A stretch of DNA of 62,869 nt, the filler included, from Neolecta irregularis DAH-3 (lineage: Eukaryota): NCBI GenBank assembly GCA_001929475.1. It is 9 parts of 9 records of this genome, joined end to end, with 100 filler letters (N's around TTAATTAATTAA, not from the genome) between each part and the next. Parts side by side here need not be neighbours in the genome. Positions count along the whole stretch, not along the records: positions 1 to 2,571 come from LXFE01004032.1; positions 2,672 to 12,033 come from LXFE01000512.1; 7 more parts are not named here. One strand, given 5' to 3'. The translations under genes and the position numbers were made by a program. The first letter of the stretch is position 1; each line of letters opens with the position of its first letter. The notes beneath the pieces are model-generated. The model was not told the DNA's origin. It worked only from the letters and a program-made list of their open reading frames with translations, and did not search any database. Shown piece after piece: positions 1 to 9,940 of this stretch.

Positions 1-4
1 TAGG

Positions 5-160
5 CACTTGTATATAATTAGCACCAGGTGGACAGTGGCCGTCATCTTGTTAGTGACGACTCACTGACATAGGTATGGAGAATATGATCTTGTTAGTGAC
101 GACTCACTGCCACATAGAGATCACCTCTCCTTGGTGACAGTTCCAGTATAATTGAGCAGT
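5..160 (+). repeat. ~157-bp repeat also present at 2414-2571, with an internal duplication of ATCTTGTTAGTGACGACTCACTG
   Basis: Direct alignment; the two copies differ at a few positions (e.g. CACTGACAT vs CACTGCCACAT). Confidence 0.85.
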
Positions 161-1134
161 ATGTCCTTGTCGATATTTGGACGAAACACCGACGAGCAGA
201 TTTGTTGTGATTCATCATTATACCTGCGGTGCTGGATCTCAAGTGTGCTTTGGAACCCATCTTGAGAATAACTAGATTTCATTTGATTGATAAGGATTAT
301 CCCAGCTTTAGATATTCTTAGAAGGAAAACTTTAGTCCGGAAATACATTAGGCGGAAAGCTGTAAAACATCTTTCGCCGGCCGTTGTGAAGTCAAAAGAT
401 TTTCAAGTTCGATTTATTACAGGTGATCAGGAGCCTTTCCACTTGTCATCAATTAAAATCTACCCTCCGCTATCGAAATCGTTTCCTCAACAAGCTTCAA
501 TGAAGCCTGTTCACCGGATATATCGATCAAATTGCCTAATCTTGGACACTACTATAATCAAGAATATGACAAGCACTATGTAATCAATGGTCGCTTTTGT
601 GTTTCTCTTTAGATCGGTTTTCCATATATTTGTATTTTCTTTAATTAGCGCACTTTCTGCAAAAAAGTGAGACGTTTGATTTCTTTTCCTATAGATAATG
701 GCCTGGAGTCAGTCTTTTTGGATTCCGAGAATACAATCTCTGAATTTTCTTCTTTTTCAGGGTCAATTCACAGTTCCAGACAGTCTCGAACCTTATTTCC
801 TCGCCTTTTTTCTCACAGCGCACGACAACGATTACTTTCAACTCTTTCCGACCGATCGCATATTCCCTTTGTACACCTATGAAAGCGTCTGTATTTCTAT
901 TTTGTGGTCATCAATGGTGGTAAAAGCCTGAGTTGAAATTCCTCTGGTCTTTATATCTTGAGGAGGTAACTCATCAGATTCCATATCATTATGCAATAAT
1001 GATTTAGCGAAAGGTTGATATATCACAATTTCTTTGACAACTTTCAAAAGTTGGGCTTGAAGTCGCCTTGGCACGATTGACCTGTTGTTGTTGGAGCAAG
1101 AAATTCAGTCCATGCTCAACATGTCAGCACTTTG

Positions 1135-1329
1135 ATTCTTTCGTTGTTTGGCTGTCAAAGCCAAGGGTATTGTACTATGGCGAGAGGATCTCAGAGACAG
1201 AGGATGCAGCGATAGATTGTATTGTTTAATAATCCACTGGTTTAAAGTCTTATATTCCAGATGAGGATCCAGGCGGTGTGGAAACGCGGAGCAATCTTTT
1301 GCTCATTTGTGATAGCGGAACTGCATTTT
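1135..1329 (-). pseudogene. Decayed pogo/CENP-B-type transposase N-terminus (Abp1/Cbh-like HTH)
   Basis: Across frameshifts reads SAITNEQKIAPRFH / HLEYKTLNQWIIKQY / ASSVSEILSP*YNTL, resembling the S. pombe Abp1 N-terminus as recalled (RAITEHEKRALRHY...DLIEWF...QPSVSQILSSKYSYL). Confidence 0.7.
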
Positions 1330-1859
1330 AATTTTAACTTTGATAGGGTTTAGGGCTAGGGTTAGCAAGTGAATTATGTATATTTATCTTCATCTAAATA
1401 TTGGCAAGAAGGAACTGACATACCGGTGCGCGAGGCGGGTAGGAAGGCGGACAGGGAGGAGACATCAGGGCTGCCCTAAAATAGTATTATTTAATGTCAC
1501 GTGGAAAAGCCCGCGGGCTTTCATGGGCCGGGCTAAGCCCATGGCGCGTCCCCAACACTTACCAGACTCGAGACTGTATATCAAACAAAATTTGTTACTA
1601 CATACGACTACTAATCTGATACACGACGTTAAATCTCGGCAGAGTACCAAACACCTGTGGTTTGATACTCATACTAATCCTTTGATAACACTAAACTTCT
1701 CGTCACTGCCGGGATCCCCATATCTACGATAGCGATCCTCGTCACTGTTGTAGCCGGTGTCGCTGCCTCCGCTACTGTAGGTGCCGTCGCTGCCTCCGCT
1801 GCTGTAGGTGCCGCTGCTGTCGTCGCTGTCGCAGCTGCCCTCGCTCTAACCCTAACCCT

Positions 1860-2089
1860 AGCCATAGCCCACATAGACCTGTAGGCCCGTTTGGCCAACA
1901 ATGGCTATAAAAGGGGCTCCGTTTTCTCTCTTGCTAGATAGCCAATCCTATTACTATTCTTCTGTAACCAGATCTCCAAGATCCGGAAGCCCAAAACCGC
2001 CGCGCTCACCCAATAAACAATAAATCTATTACAACTCTACTACTACTACAAACCCCCAATAAACCTGAAACTACAGCCTGTGTGTGACA
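1860..2089 (+). mobile_element. 3' part of an LTR-like repeat of the same family as 3478-4534; holds the empty site for the nested LTR
   Basis: Aligns to 3745-4018 plus 4510-4534; TATAAAA at ~1906, AATAAA motifs, ends in GTGACA; 5' boundary unclear. Confidence 0.6.
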
Positions 2090-2571
2090 ACTGTAGAAAC
2101 ACTTGCCGAAAAACGGGTAATCATTAGATAAGATATCAACTATCAGATATCATCCATCTGACGGATGTGGCTGATTCTAGCTTGTTTCTATTCAGCAACT
2201 ACACAACCTTTACCCATGACGCGAGGGTACAGTCCGCGAGCAATAAAATCTTCGAGCATCTGAATAGCGAGTTCGATGGAGTACTCGCGGATCTTGTACT
2301 TGAAGCCGGTTTCAGTTTCCACCCGCCGCCCATCTGCGGCTATTCCATCCATTTTCACCAATTCAATACTCATATAGGGATTAAGCGGTGTGTTGCTAAT
2401 GTNNNNNNNNNNACACTTGTATATAATTAGCACCAGGTGGACAGTGGCCGCCATCTTGTTAGTGACGACTCACTGCCACATAGGTATGGAGAATATGATC
2501 TTGTTAGTGACGACTCACTGCCACATAGAGATCACCTCTGCTTGGTGACAGTTCCAGTATAATTGAGCAGT

Positions 2572-2671
2572 NNNNNNNNNNNNNNNNNNNNNNNNNNNNN
2601 NNNNNNNNNNNNNNNTTAATTAATTAANNNNNNNNNNNNNNNNNNNNNNNNNNNNNNNNNNNNNNNNNNNN
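2572..2671. other. Artificial scaffold-joining linker (44 N + TTAATTAATTAA + 44 N); identical linkers at 12034-12133, 14586-14685, 31649-31748, 47124-47223, 57899-57998, 59588-59687, 60825-60924
   Basis: Same 100-nt structure eight times; TTAATTAATTAA gives stops in all six frames. Confidence 0.97.
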
Positions 2672-2804
2672 GTTATTTCTTTTCCGCCACTTGCTTCATT
2701 GGTAAGATATATCCGGTAATACCCCGGATATATCCTTACACCTAACCTGCAGACTGCCAATTCAGGCCCATGAGTGCTAAGCCCAAGCCAGTGGCACGGC
2801 CAAT

Positions 2805-2866
2805 CCGCAGTGGTGGGTACCCAGAGCAATCTTTTGCTCATTTGTAATAGCAGAGGGGCATTTCAT
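2805..2866 (-). pseudogene. Second pogo/CENP-B-type transposase 5' fragment
   Basis: KCPSAITNEQKIALGTHH; shares GAGCAATCTTTTGCTCATTTGT-ATAGC with 1289-1316. Confidence 0.65.
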
Positions 2867-2867
2867 G

Positions 2868-3343
2868 TGTCGTAAAGAAATGCTACACTGAGAATTTACG
2901 GCTAACACGTCAATATCTGGACACCTCACTCAAGCTCCCTCCCCCCTCCTCCTCCACGATTTTCACTATCACTTATCTCATTCGCAATTCATTATCCTAC
3001 CTGCTTGGCACGGTTCTGCTTTCGACGACGGTCCTCTGTCTTCCAAGAGTATCTTCGTATCGGGAGTATGGGGTGTGCTGACGAGTCACCGTATGTAAAC
3101 GGGGCTTAGCTTAGCTTCTCCTTTTACCTACCGCGTGTACTGGAAGTATGTTGTGTTCTGCAGGTATATAGTTAGTCCTCAGCCCCTCTTTCTTTTCATT
3201 CACAATCATCAAATATATCAAAGATCAAAAAGCACAACATAAAGAACACTATCCGCTCCTGCCTTCCCATCCATCTCAACTGACGATCACTCTACACCCA
3301 CCGTTTTCCTGACTTTGACCCTAGGGACGGATTCTGCGCGACA
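2868..3343 (+). mobile_element. Solo LTR, family A (476 bp)
   Basis: TGTCG...CGACA termini; exact 4-bp TSD CATG (2864-2867, 3344-3347); homologous copies at 4019-4505 and 62639-end. Confidence 0.9.
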
Positions 3344-3349
3344 CATGTA

Positions 3350-3473
3350 TTCTTTTTATAACGAATTTTGCATTAGTCTATATGGTTTAAATTCGTGAAA
3401 CCCCATACAAATCAATTTTGACATAGAGATTGATTCGTTATAACGGGAAATTCGTTATACGGAGGTTTCCTAT
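3350..3473 (-). mobile_element. pogo/Tigger-like terminal inverted repeat and subterminal region
   Basis: Minus strand TATAGGAAACCTCCGTATAACGAATTTCCCGTTATAACGAA with iterated TATAACGAA; lies directly upstream of the transposase fragment at 2866 once the LTR is removed. Confidence 0.55.
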
Positions 3474-3782
3474 AGCCTGTTGCAGAGCCGGTGAAACTTA
3501 CACTTGTTCTGAACACCTTCCTATTCCGTGTCCGACCCTCAACCCCATAGATTTCTACTTTCGAGACAGCTCTAGGACGCACCCATGCCCACAAGCTGCC
3601 ACCGTCTCTCCTCTTAGGCTCAGCTTCTTTCAATTACTACAATAGTACTCCTACTTCAGAAGTCAGGAGGTGCCACAGCTCTCAGCGGTGGCACTCTCTG
3701 CCCCGCCACCCTGTCTCGGTATTGTCTTTTCCTTGTTTCTCCCCCACATAGCTGTAGGGCCGCCTTGCCAGCAATGGTTATC

Positions 3783-3989
3783 GGAAACCCAATACCACCG
3801 CGCTCACCAACAAACAGCCAATCGTATTACTCTCTTCTGTAGTCAGATCTGCAAAGATCTGGAAGCCCAATACCACTGCGCTCACCAACAAACAGCCAAT
3901 CTTATTACAACTCTTCTGATACAGATCTCCAAAGATCCGGAAGCCCAATATTACCGTGCTCAGCAATAACCAACCAATCTATTACAACT
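3783..3989 (+). repeat. 78-bp tandem repeat (~2.6 units) inside LTR family B
   Basis: GGAA(A/G)CCCAATA starts at 3783, 3861 and 3939. Confidence 0.9.
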
Positions 3990-4018
3990 AAGCTACAACT
4001 ACAAACTCCCTATAAACC

Positions 4019-4505
4019 TGTAGCGCAGATTCCGTCCCTAGGGTCAAAGTCAGGAAAAGGATGGGTGTAGAGTGATTGGCAGTTGAGGTGGATGGGAGGG
4101 TAGGAGTGGATGGGGTTCTTAAAGTTTGTGCTTTTTGATCTTTGATATATTTGATATGTTGGATGATGAGAAAGAGGGGCGGAGGACTAATCTATATACC
4201 TGCAGAACTCAACATACTTCCTTCTAGTACACGCTGTAGGTTAAAAAAGGAAAAGCTAAGCTAAGCCCCGTTTTATATACGGTGACTAGTTAGCACGCCC
4301 CATACTCCCGGTACGAAGATACTCTTAAGAAAACAGAGGACCGACGTCAGAAGCAGAACCGTGCCACGCAGATAGGATAAGGAATCGCGAATTAGATAAG
4401 TGATAGTAAATATCGTGGAGGAAGAGGGGAGGAGGGAGCTTGAGTGAGGTGTCCAGATAGTGACGTGTTAGGCGAAAATCCAGAGTTTAGTATTTCTTTA
4501 TGACA
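4019..4505 (-). mobile_element. Solo LTR, family A, inverted and nested in LTR B
   Basis: Reverse complement of 2868-3343; exact 4-bp TSD AACC (4015-4018, 4506-4509); uninterrupted target seen at ~2059-2089. Confidence 0.9.
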
Positions 4506-4793
4506 AACCTTAAAGTTACAACCTGCGTGTGGCAAGCCAGGTTTGACTATCCCAATATTTTAATTTCCACCAAAATAAGATATTCCCTGTTTTAGAATAT
4601 GGTGATATTTTAAAATAGTGGCTGGCGAACTCATCCTTAAAAAAATTGCCAAATTTCAAGAAATTTGGCGCACACCCTTAAAGCCAATAAACGCTTGCAA
4701 TATCTAACTACAGCTTGCATGATAAAAGTCTAAGTGAAAACGTCTCCACTCCTCATGTGTTTCTCTAAAGAGAAAAAGCCTCTAGAAGAATCT

Positions 4794-5760
4794 TCAATAC
4801 CAATATGCTAATGACAATTTCTCGGCGGTGCTAGCCTCCTTTGGAAATAAATAGTTCGGACGCCAGTCGTCTTCAGCAGGAGCTTCATCTTTGACGTCTA
4901 CGTTAGTTCCAATTGCAGACGGGTGTTGGGTATCAAGAGGTCGTTGAATGATTACCGACGGGTCAATTGCATATGCTTCGAGCAGACCACCATGAACTGG
5001 CCCTGTCATAATTTGTAGATCGATTCCAATAGCAGGTTGTTCAGCGCTCCATTCGAGAATCTTGGTGACTATGCGCGCATGTATTCCATAACCATGAGTG
5101 CAAGCCATGTGTGACAATTTCTTCAAAGGACCGGCGGTCCAACCCTCAACGAATCCTGGGTAACAAGGACCAGGAATATACATATCCCATGGCGTAGGAA
5201 GATTATTCCATCCAGCTTGAATGATCCTTCTCAAGTCCACATGAACATCGATATCATCTTCTAGCACCAAAAAAGAGGTATATCTCTTCTCAAGAGCGTC
5301 CATCCATACCGCTCGATGAGAAGCCCAACAACCGACTAGCCCCCAGATATTTCGTGCGTCCAATGCCTGGCCTTTTGCCCACAGTTCCGATACCGTGGTA
5401 TTGACAATGTCGCTGTCTTTTGTATAGGCATGAAACACTTCGTAGTCGAGATTGTGATATTTCAAGACGGGTTTGACATATTCGGCCCGTTCAGGCTTGG
5501 ATATGATGACGTAGATGTGAGAAAATCCCAAGGTGGAGTTTGCTATCAGCAATGACCTAGAGAAGGTCTGTCGATAGAGGAAAATGGAACTAGATACTTA
5601 GCATAGACTGGTTTGTGCGTAAACAATACTTGAACATTATTATGAAAATGAAGACGAGAATTCCAAAGAAGCGAGCGATGCGTGAATATGACGATTCCAA
5701 TGAAATAGGAAATCTTTCATCTGTCCCTGGATTTCGTATTCGGGTATAGGACGACATCAT
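4794..5760 (-). CDS. Glycosyltransferase family 25, type II membrane protein; one ~40-nt intron
   Basis: NSTLGFSHIYVI, GCWASH, LVLEDDID and CTHGY motifs; a TM-encoding exon (FFGILVFIFIIM) joins in frame via a GTATTG...CTAG intron. Confidence 0.85.
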
Positions 5761-6089
5761 CAACGCATTTAACGGACGTATTAGAAAACGCATGTCTCAG
5801 ATCGGATATTGAAGCTTTGTTCGATTCGATAGATCTTGTTAAAAGAGGAGCCCTGATATGGATAGATTTTGCGCTTGAGAAGTCAACTGTTAGCGATTAA
5901 TTTTCAGTTTCAGTTGATTTCTGATATCCGAATCGACACCCAAATCCGGCTCCGAGGTTTCCCAGAAATGACCAGTGCTTCGTTTACAAAATTACATTCT
6001 AATCCTTATACGTAGATACCCGTTCGTATATCCCTTTGCTCTACTTTGTATTTACTCATGCTACAGACTGGTTTCAAATCGTCTAGTTT

Positions 6090-6423
6090 TGTTGGTGGAA
6101 CGAGCCTTAGTGGCATGGTTACTAGTGTTCTAGTAGCGATCATCAAGCCCCACAGGTACCGGAATGGGCCCAGTTGGGCCTGGAGACGATTCAGAACAGG
6201 CGACTCTCGTCCAAATTGGGAGTGAGGAACCGGAACTGGTTATTACCACATCTGGCGGAGAGGACAGGGGTAGGTATTACAGTATGTACCCCTTATTAAA
6301 CAGGGGGGTGTAAGGGGATACCTGGAACCCATACCAATACAGTAGGTGGTGGATAAAGAAATAAGATAGAAATGTATATAAAGGCTACGCTCACATATCT
6401 TAGTCTAAGCTCACACGCCTACA
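6090..6423. mobile_element. Probable solo LTR (334 bp)
   Basis: TGTTGG...CCTACA termini; near-perfect 5-bp TSD AGTTT/AGCTT; internal TATATAAA. Confidence 0.5.
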
Positions 6424-6751
6424 AGCTTAGATTAAGGAAATGTACCTGATCTTATTGTACTCGAGCTCCAACTCTTAAATTGGCTCTGAGTTGGGGCTGG
6501 CTGACGGGAGGATGCAGTGGACTATGGGGCACCTCAAGGACGGCGCGCTGGCGGGGCTGCTGCAGCGGTGCGGGCGCGGCTGCGGGCGGGCGGCGTGGTG
6601 GTTGCGGGGAGAAGGCGCTGGCGGGCAGGAGATCGTGAGCGAGGCGGGGCCGGTGGAGGCCGTGTTTGCGCAGCCGTGGTGCATACGCAGCGGCAGCCCG
6701 GGTTTCCGCCGGAGCTGCTGCCGGTACGCATGTGGGCTCTGGCGCCGAATA

Positions 6752-6783
6752 CCTGACCTTAACCCTAACCCTAACCCTAACCT
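6752..6783 (-). repeat. Interstitial telomeric repeat (CCCTAA)3 plus degenerate units
   Basis: CCTGACCTTAACCCTAACCCTAACCCTAACC. Confidence 0.8.
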
Positions 6784-6888
6784 CTTCTGGGGCTATTCTT
6801 AGGACCCACATCGAGGCATTCAAACACCAAATTTAATGGAATATAGAAAGGAAGAGAAAGAAAATATTTCACTGCTCTAGCGACAAAC

Positions 6889-8391
6889 TCACATGTATTT
6901 ACCTCTTTTTCTTTCCAGATCTCCGTCCGATTCATTCTTTCTCTTTCTGTGAGAGTCTGTTTCTACAGTCTCCGCCTCCAGATCTTTAGGTAATGTTGTA
7001 ACACTGATATCTGCAATCTTTCTGGCTACGTCATTTTGAGAGCGTGTTTCTGAAGTCCCCAGAATACTTTTCATTTTTTGAGAGTTAAAAATATTGGGAT
7101 CGAGATCTGATTGACGAACCTTGTAAACCCTTGATAACACAAATGTCATCATCTCCTTTATGGCCTTTGATGGAAGTGGGTTCTTGAACTCTATATGGTT
7201 TGAACCATCCATTGAACCATCCATTACGGTCGTAATGTGCCCGACCACTGCAATTGCCAATTGTTGGTGAAACTCAGGCTGAGATAATTGGTCGGAGGTG
7301 AAATTGATAATCGAAATCCTCCTCATCCTCGTCATCGTAACGCCAGCTAGCTCGCCATCTAGCAGCCGATGCTTCGTTGTCCCTGGTGGCCGCTTAAGTT
7401 GCTCATCTGATTGCTGTCGGTATATTTCCCAAGCCTCATCTACCCTCTTTTCTGCTTGGGTAGCATCACCATCAGTTATATATGTGATCTCATCATGGGA
7501 TGAACCAGCTGTTATTGTCACATAGTGGCCTGAATCAAACGGAACGACCAATACTCGAGGAGAACCAGCTTGTTCATAACGATCAGCAAAATCATCTTCA
7601 TCATCAGAGTTATGATCATCGACTAGGGCAAAGAAATACTCGCTGGAAGAATAGGAAGTCGTCTGTTCTCTTTTATTCAACTTAAGAAAAAGCAATACAA
7701 GTTGATAAAAGGAAGTCGAAGATTGAGGATGATCAGCATTCCAAGACCTGAGTGCAGAAATAAGCGGCCGCCGAGCAAGAATATCCGATCGCGAAGCCGT
7801 CATAGTACTTGAGGGTATATGTGTATCCCTTATAGCAACCCGTTGACCAGAATTATAGCAGACTCGAAGAAATTGATCCAAGACCCAGTTTTTCATCGAG
7901 ACCGGGCTGCAATATCGATCATGTGCCATTTGTAGCCAATCCTCTTTTGAAATTCGGATATAATCTTTAGACAATTTTGAAACAGTGGACACATAATCGT
8001 AATCAGTGGTGAGACTAGAACATAAGACGACTTTTCAAATTTCGTTCTCATACTCATATTGTGACCGTACCTGCATTTCGACGGCCGGATTAACAATATT
8101 TCCCATTCGTCCGATTTCTGATGCTCGTTCCATAAAGTAGTGGCATTCGAGTTGATTTTCGACATCTGTCAAAATGAAAGAGCTACAGAAATATGGGGTA
8201 TCCAAGCATCCTGTAGCACAAATTTCTTCGGGAGATATTTTCGAATCCAAAGTGTTGGAGAGAATAGGAGTATGACCAGCTCTCCACATGAAATAGAACA
8301 CAGTAGCCTCAACCTTTTCGAAAGAATCGAGGCTCTGCTTTGCAAAGGAAAGCTTTGAGCACAACGCGACGAACATCAAAATCAACAACAT
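6889..8391 (-). CDS. Lineage-specific secreted protein (~487 aa): signal peptide, PAN/apple-like Cys domain, unknown domain, C-terminal basic NLS-like tail
   Basis: ORFs 8035-8391 and 6889-7992 share a frame; a GTATGA...CTAG intron at 8015-8053 removes the stop and joins them; ORF2 begins at GTG, not ATG. Confidence 0.65.
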
Positions 8392-8728
8392 GGTTTGTGA
8401 TAAGTAGAAAAAAGGTTCAGAGCGGATTTCTCCGGTTTAAATATCTTTTTGACGAGACATCATTACGGAAAGAGCAAATGGCTGACGCTTCCTCAACATG
8501 AGCCGAATGTGGGAATGTGCCATTTTCCATTTGGGTGAGGCTGAATCAATCTCCTACCTGGGACGCACAGCGGGGAGGCAATTGGAGGATGTGTTCGTCG
8601 TGGACCTGGAGGGGTTAGGGTCGGCGGACAGACAGACAGTGCTGCAGTAAGGCAGGGGTTTGGTCCCCACTCCCGGGTCTATATACTTTTTATATCAAGC
8701 CTCATCAGCCGCCCTACCGTTTTTGTCT

Positions 8729-8763
8729 TAGAAAAGACAAAGGAGAACCACCCCAGAGCGGCC
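8729..8763 (+). repeat. 35-bp inverted repeat paired with 11145-11179
   Basis: TAGAAAAGACAAAGGAGAACCACCCCAGAGCGGCC vs the reverse complement TAGAAAAGACAAAGGAGAACCAGCCTAGAGTGGCC. Confidence 0.8.
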
Positions 8764-9385
8764 AGACTGCCCAGCAATGTATTAGCCTCCCTGGAACAGG
8801 GAGTAATTTAGTAGACAACAAACGGAATTGGAAGAGAGAGAGGAGGAGAACCGCCGGAAGCGGGCAAACTGGCCAGCAGCATGCCAGCCCCCTCGGAATA
8901 GGTAGTTCAGGAGAGAAGAATTGGAAAAGGAAGGGGATACGCCCGTATCTTCTAGGCCAGCCAAATCAGGGAGGTTGATAGCGATTAGTGAAGTTGATGG
9001 GGAGGGAGAGTGGTTGGATAGATTTCATGGGAATCCTATGATCTTGGTGACCGTGCCACAAATACTACAAGTACGATTTGAGAAACCTAGGCTGTATATA
9101 TCGCTCCTTTCAGCCTCTTAAACATCTTTCTCATAAATCTCTAATGACTACCTTTCATGAAACCTTTCTGTCTCACTCTCTCAGACTCAGAAGGTCCTGA
9201 TCCCGATCAACATGGCATCCTTAGTCTTCTACAACATCCTTCCTACACACCATCGTCTAGTCTTGGTCCAGAGGACTCATTATCAGCCAATTAACAAGTT
9301 TAAATGGGCTTGGAATTGTGAAGTGGTGAAGCTACAGTGTGGGATGGATTTTATTATATAGTTTTATCAAAACTTTTCAAATTTG

Positions 9386-9490
9386 CCTGCTCCGCCTGCC
9401 TCGCCCGCCTGCCTCGCCTGCCCGTCTCGCCCGCCTGGCCCGTCTCTCCTACCTTGCGATCCTTCTCCCCCGCCTTCCCCGCCTCGCCCC
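9386..9490 (+). repeat. C-rich low-complexity repeat (GCCTCGCCCGTCTC family)
   Basis: Same motif family as 11720-12033 and 13400-13900. Confidence 0.7.
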
Positions 9491-9940
9491 AAAGCCCCAA
9501 AGCCCCAATACTAGGTTCTCATACCTCAACGGTACCACATCGTGATCCTTATTCAACCTGCCTGGATCTCTTCATTTCACATTATCCACAACCATAAAGC
9601 TCTCTTTGATGTTTTGGCTCTGCCAGGTTCCGTCGGATTACACTGCACTTGCACGAAATGAGAAATGCGAACGCACTTACGAACCTTGGGGCCCGAAAAT
9701 GCACACAAAAGCTCATAAATCCTCTTGTTCAACTCGTGTCGCTGTATTCCGGTGGTGGAAAAATGAGACTGAAAGAAAGCCCATGACTCAAATAGTACAA
9801 CGTCTACCTTGCTTGGTTCAGTGGCTGTGAATCATCAGAGGCAAATTTTCACCACATCCGATAAGATCCAAGACGGTCTGTACATAAAAGAGGGCCGCCT
9901 TTCCACCATACTCGCAATTCAGTAATCTACATCCTCTAAC

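Larger units (their letters stand above)
3478..4534 (+). mobile_element. Solo LTR, family B (~566 bp without the nested insert)
   Basis: TG...CA termini; exact 4-bp TSD AGCC (3474-3477, 4535-4538); second partial copy at 1860-2089. Confidence 0.7.

Noticed and set aside
2616..2627. TTAATTAATTAA palindrome repeated eight times as a biological repeat
   Set aside because: Always centred in identical N padding; it is an artificial six-frame-stop linker
2620..2841. MSKRLL... ORF as a multicopy gene family start
   Set aside because: The conserved reading is a different frame (SAITNEQKIAL) belonging to the pogo-like transposase relic
3783..3989. CRISPR-like array
   Set aside because: Whole 78-bp units repeat with no unique spacers; eukaryotic context and no cas genes
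2868..4505. A 1.6-kb DNA transposon with ~480-bp terminal inverted repeats
   Set aside because: Each arm has its own TG...CA ends and its own TSD, so they are two independent solo LTRs in opposite orientation
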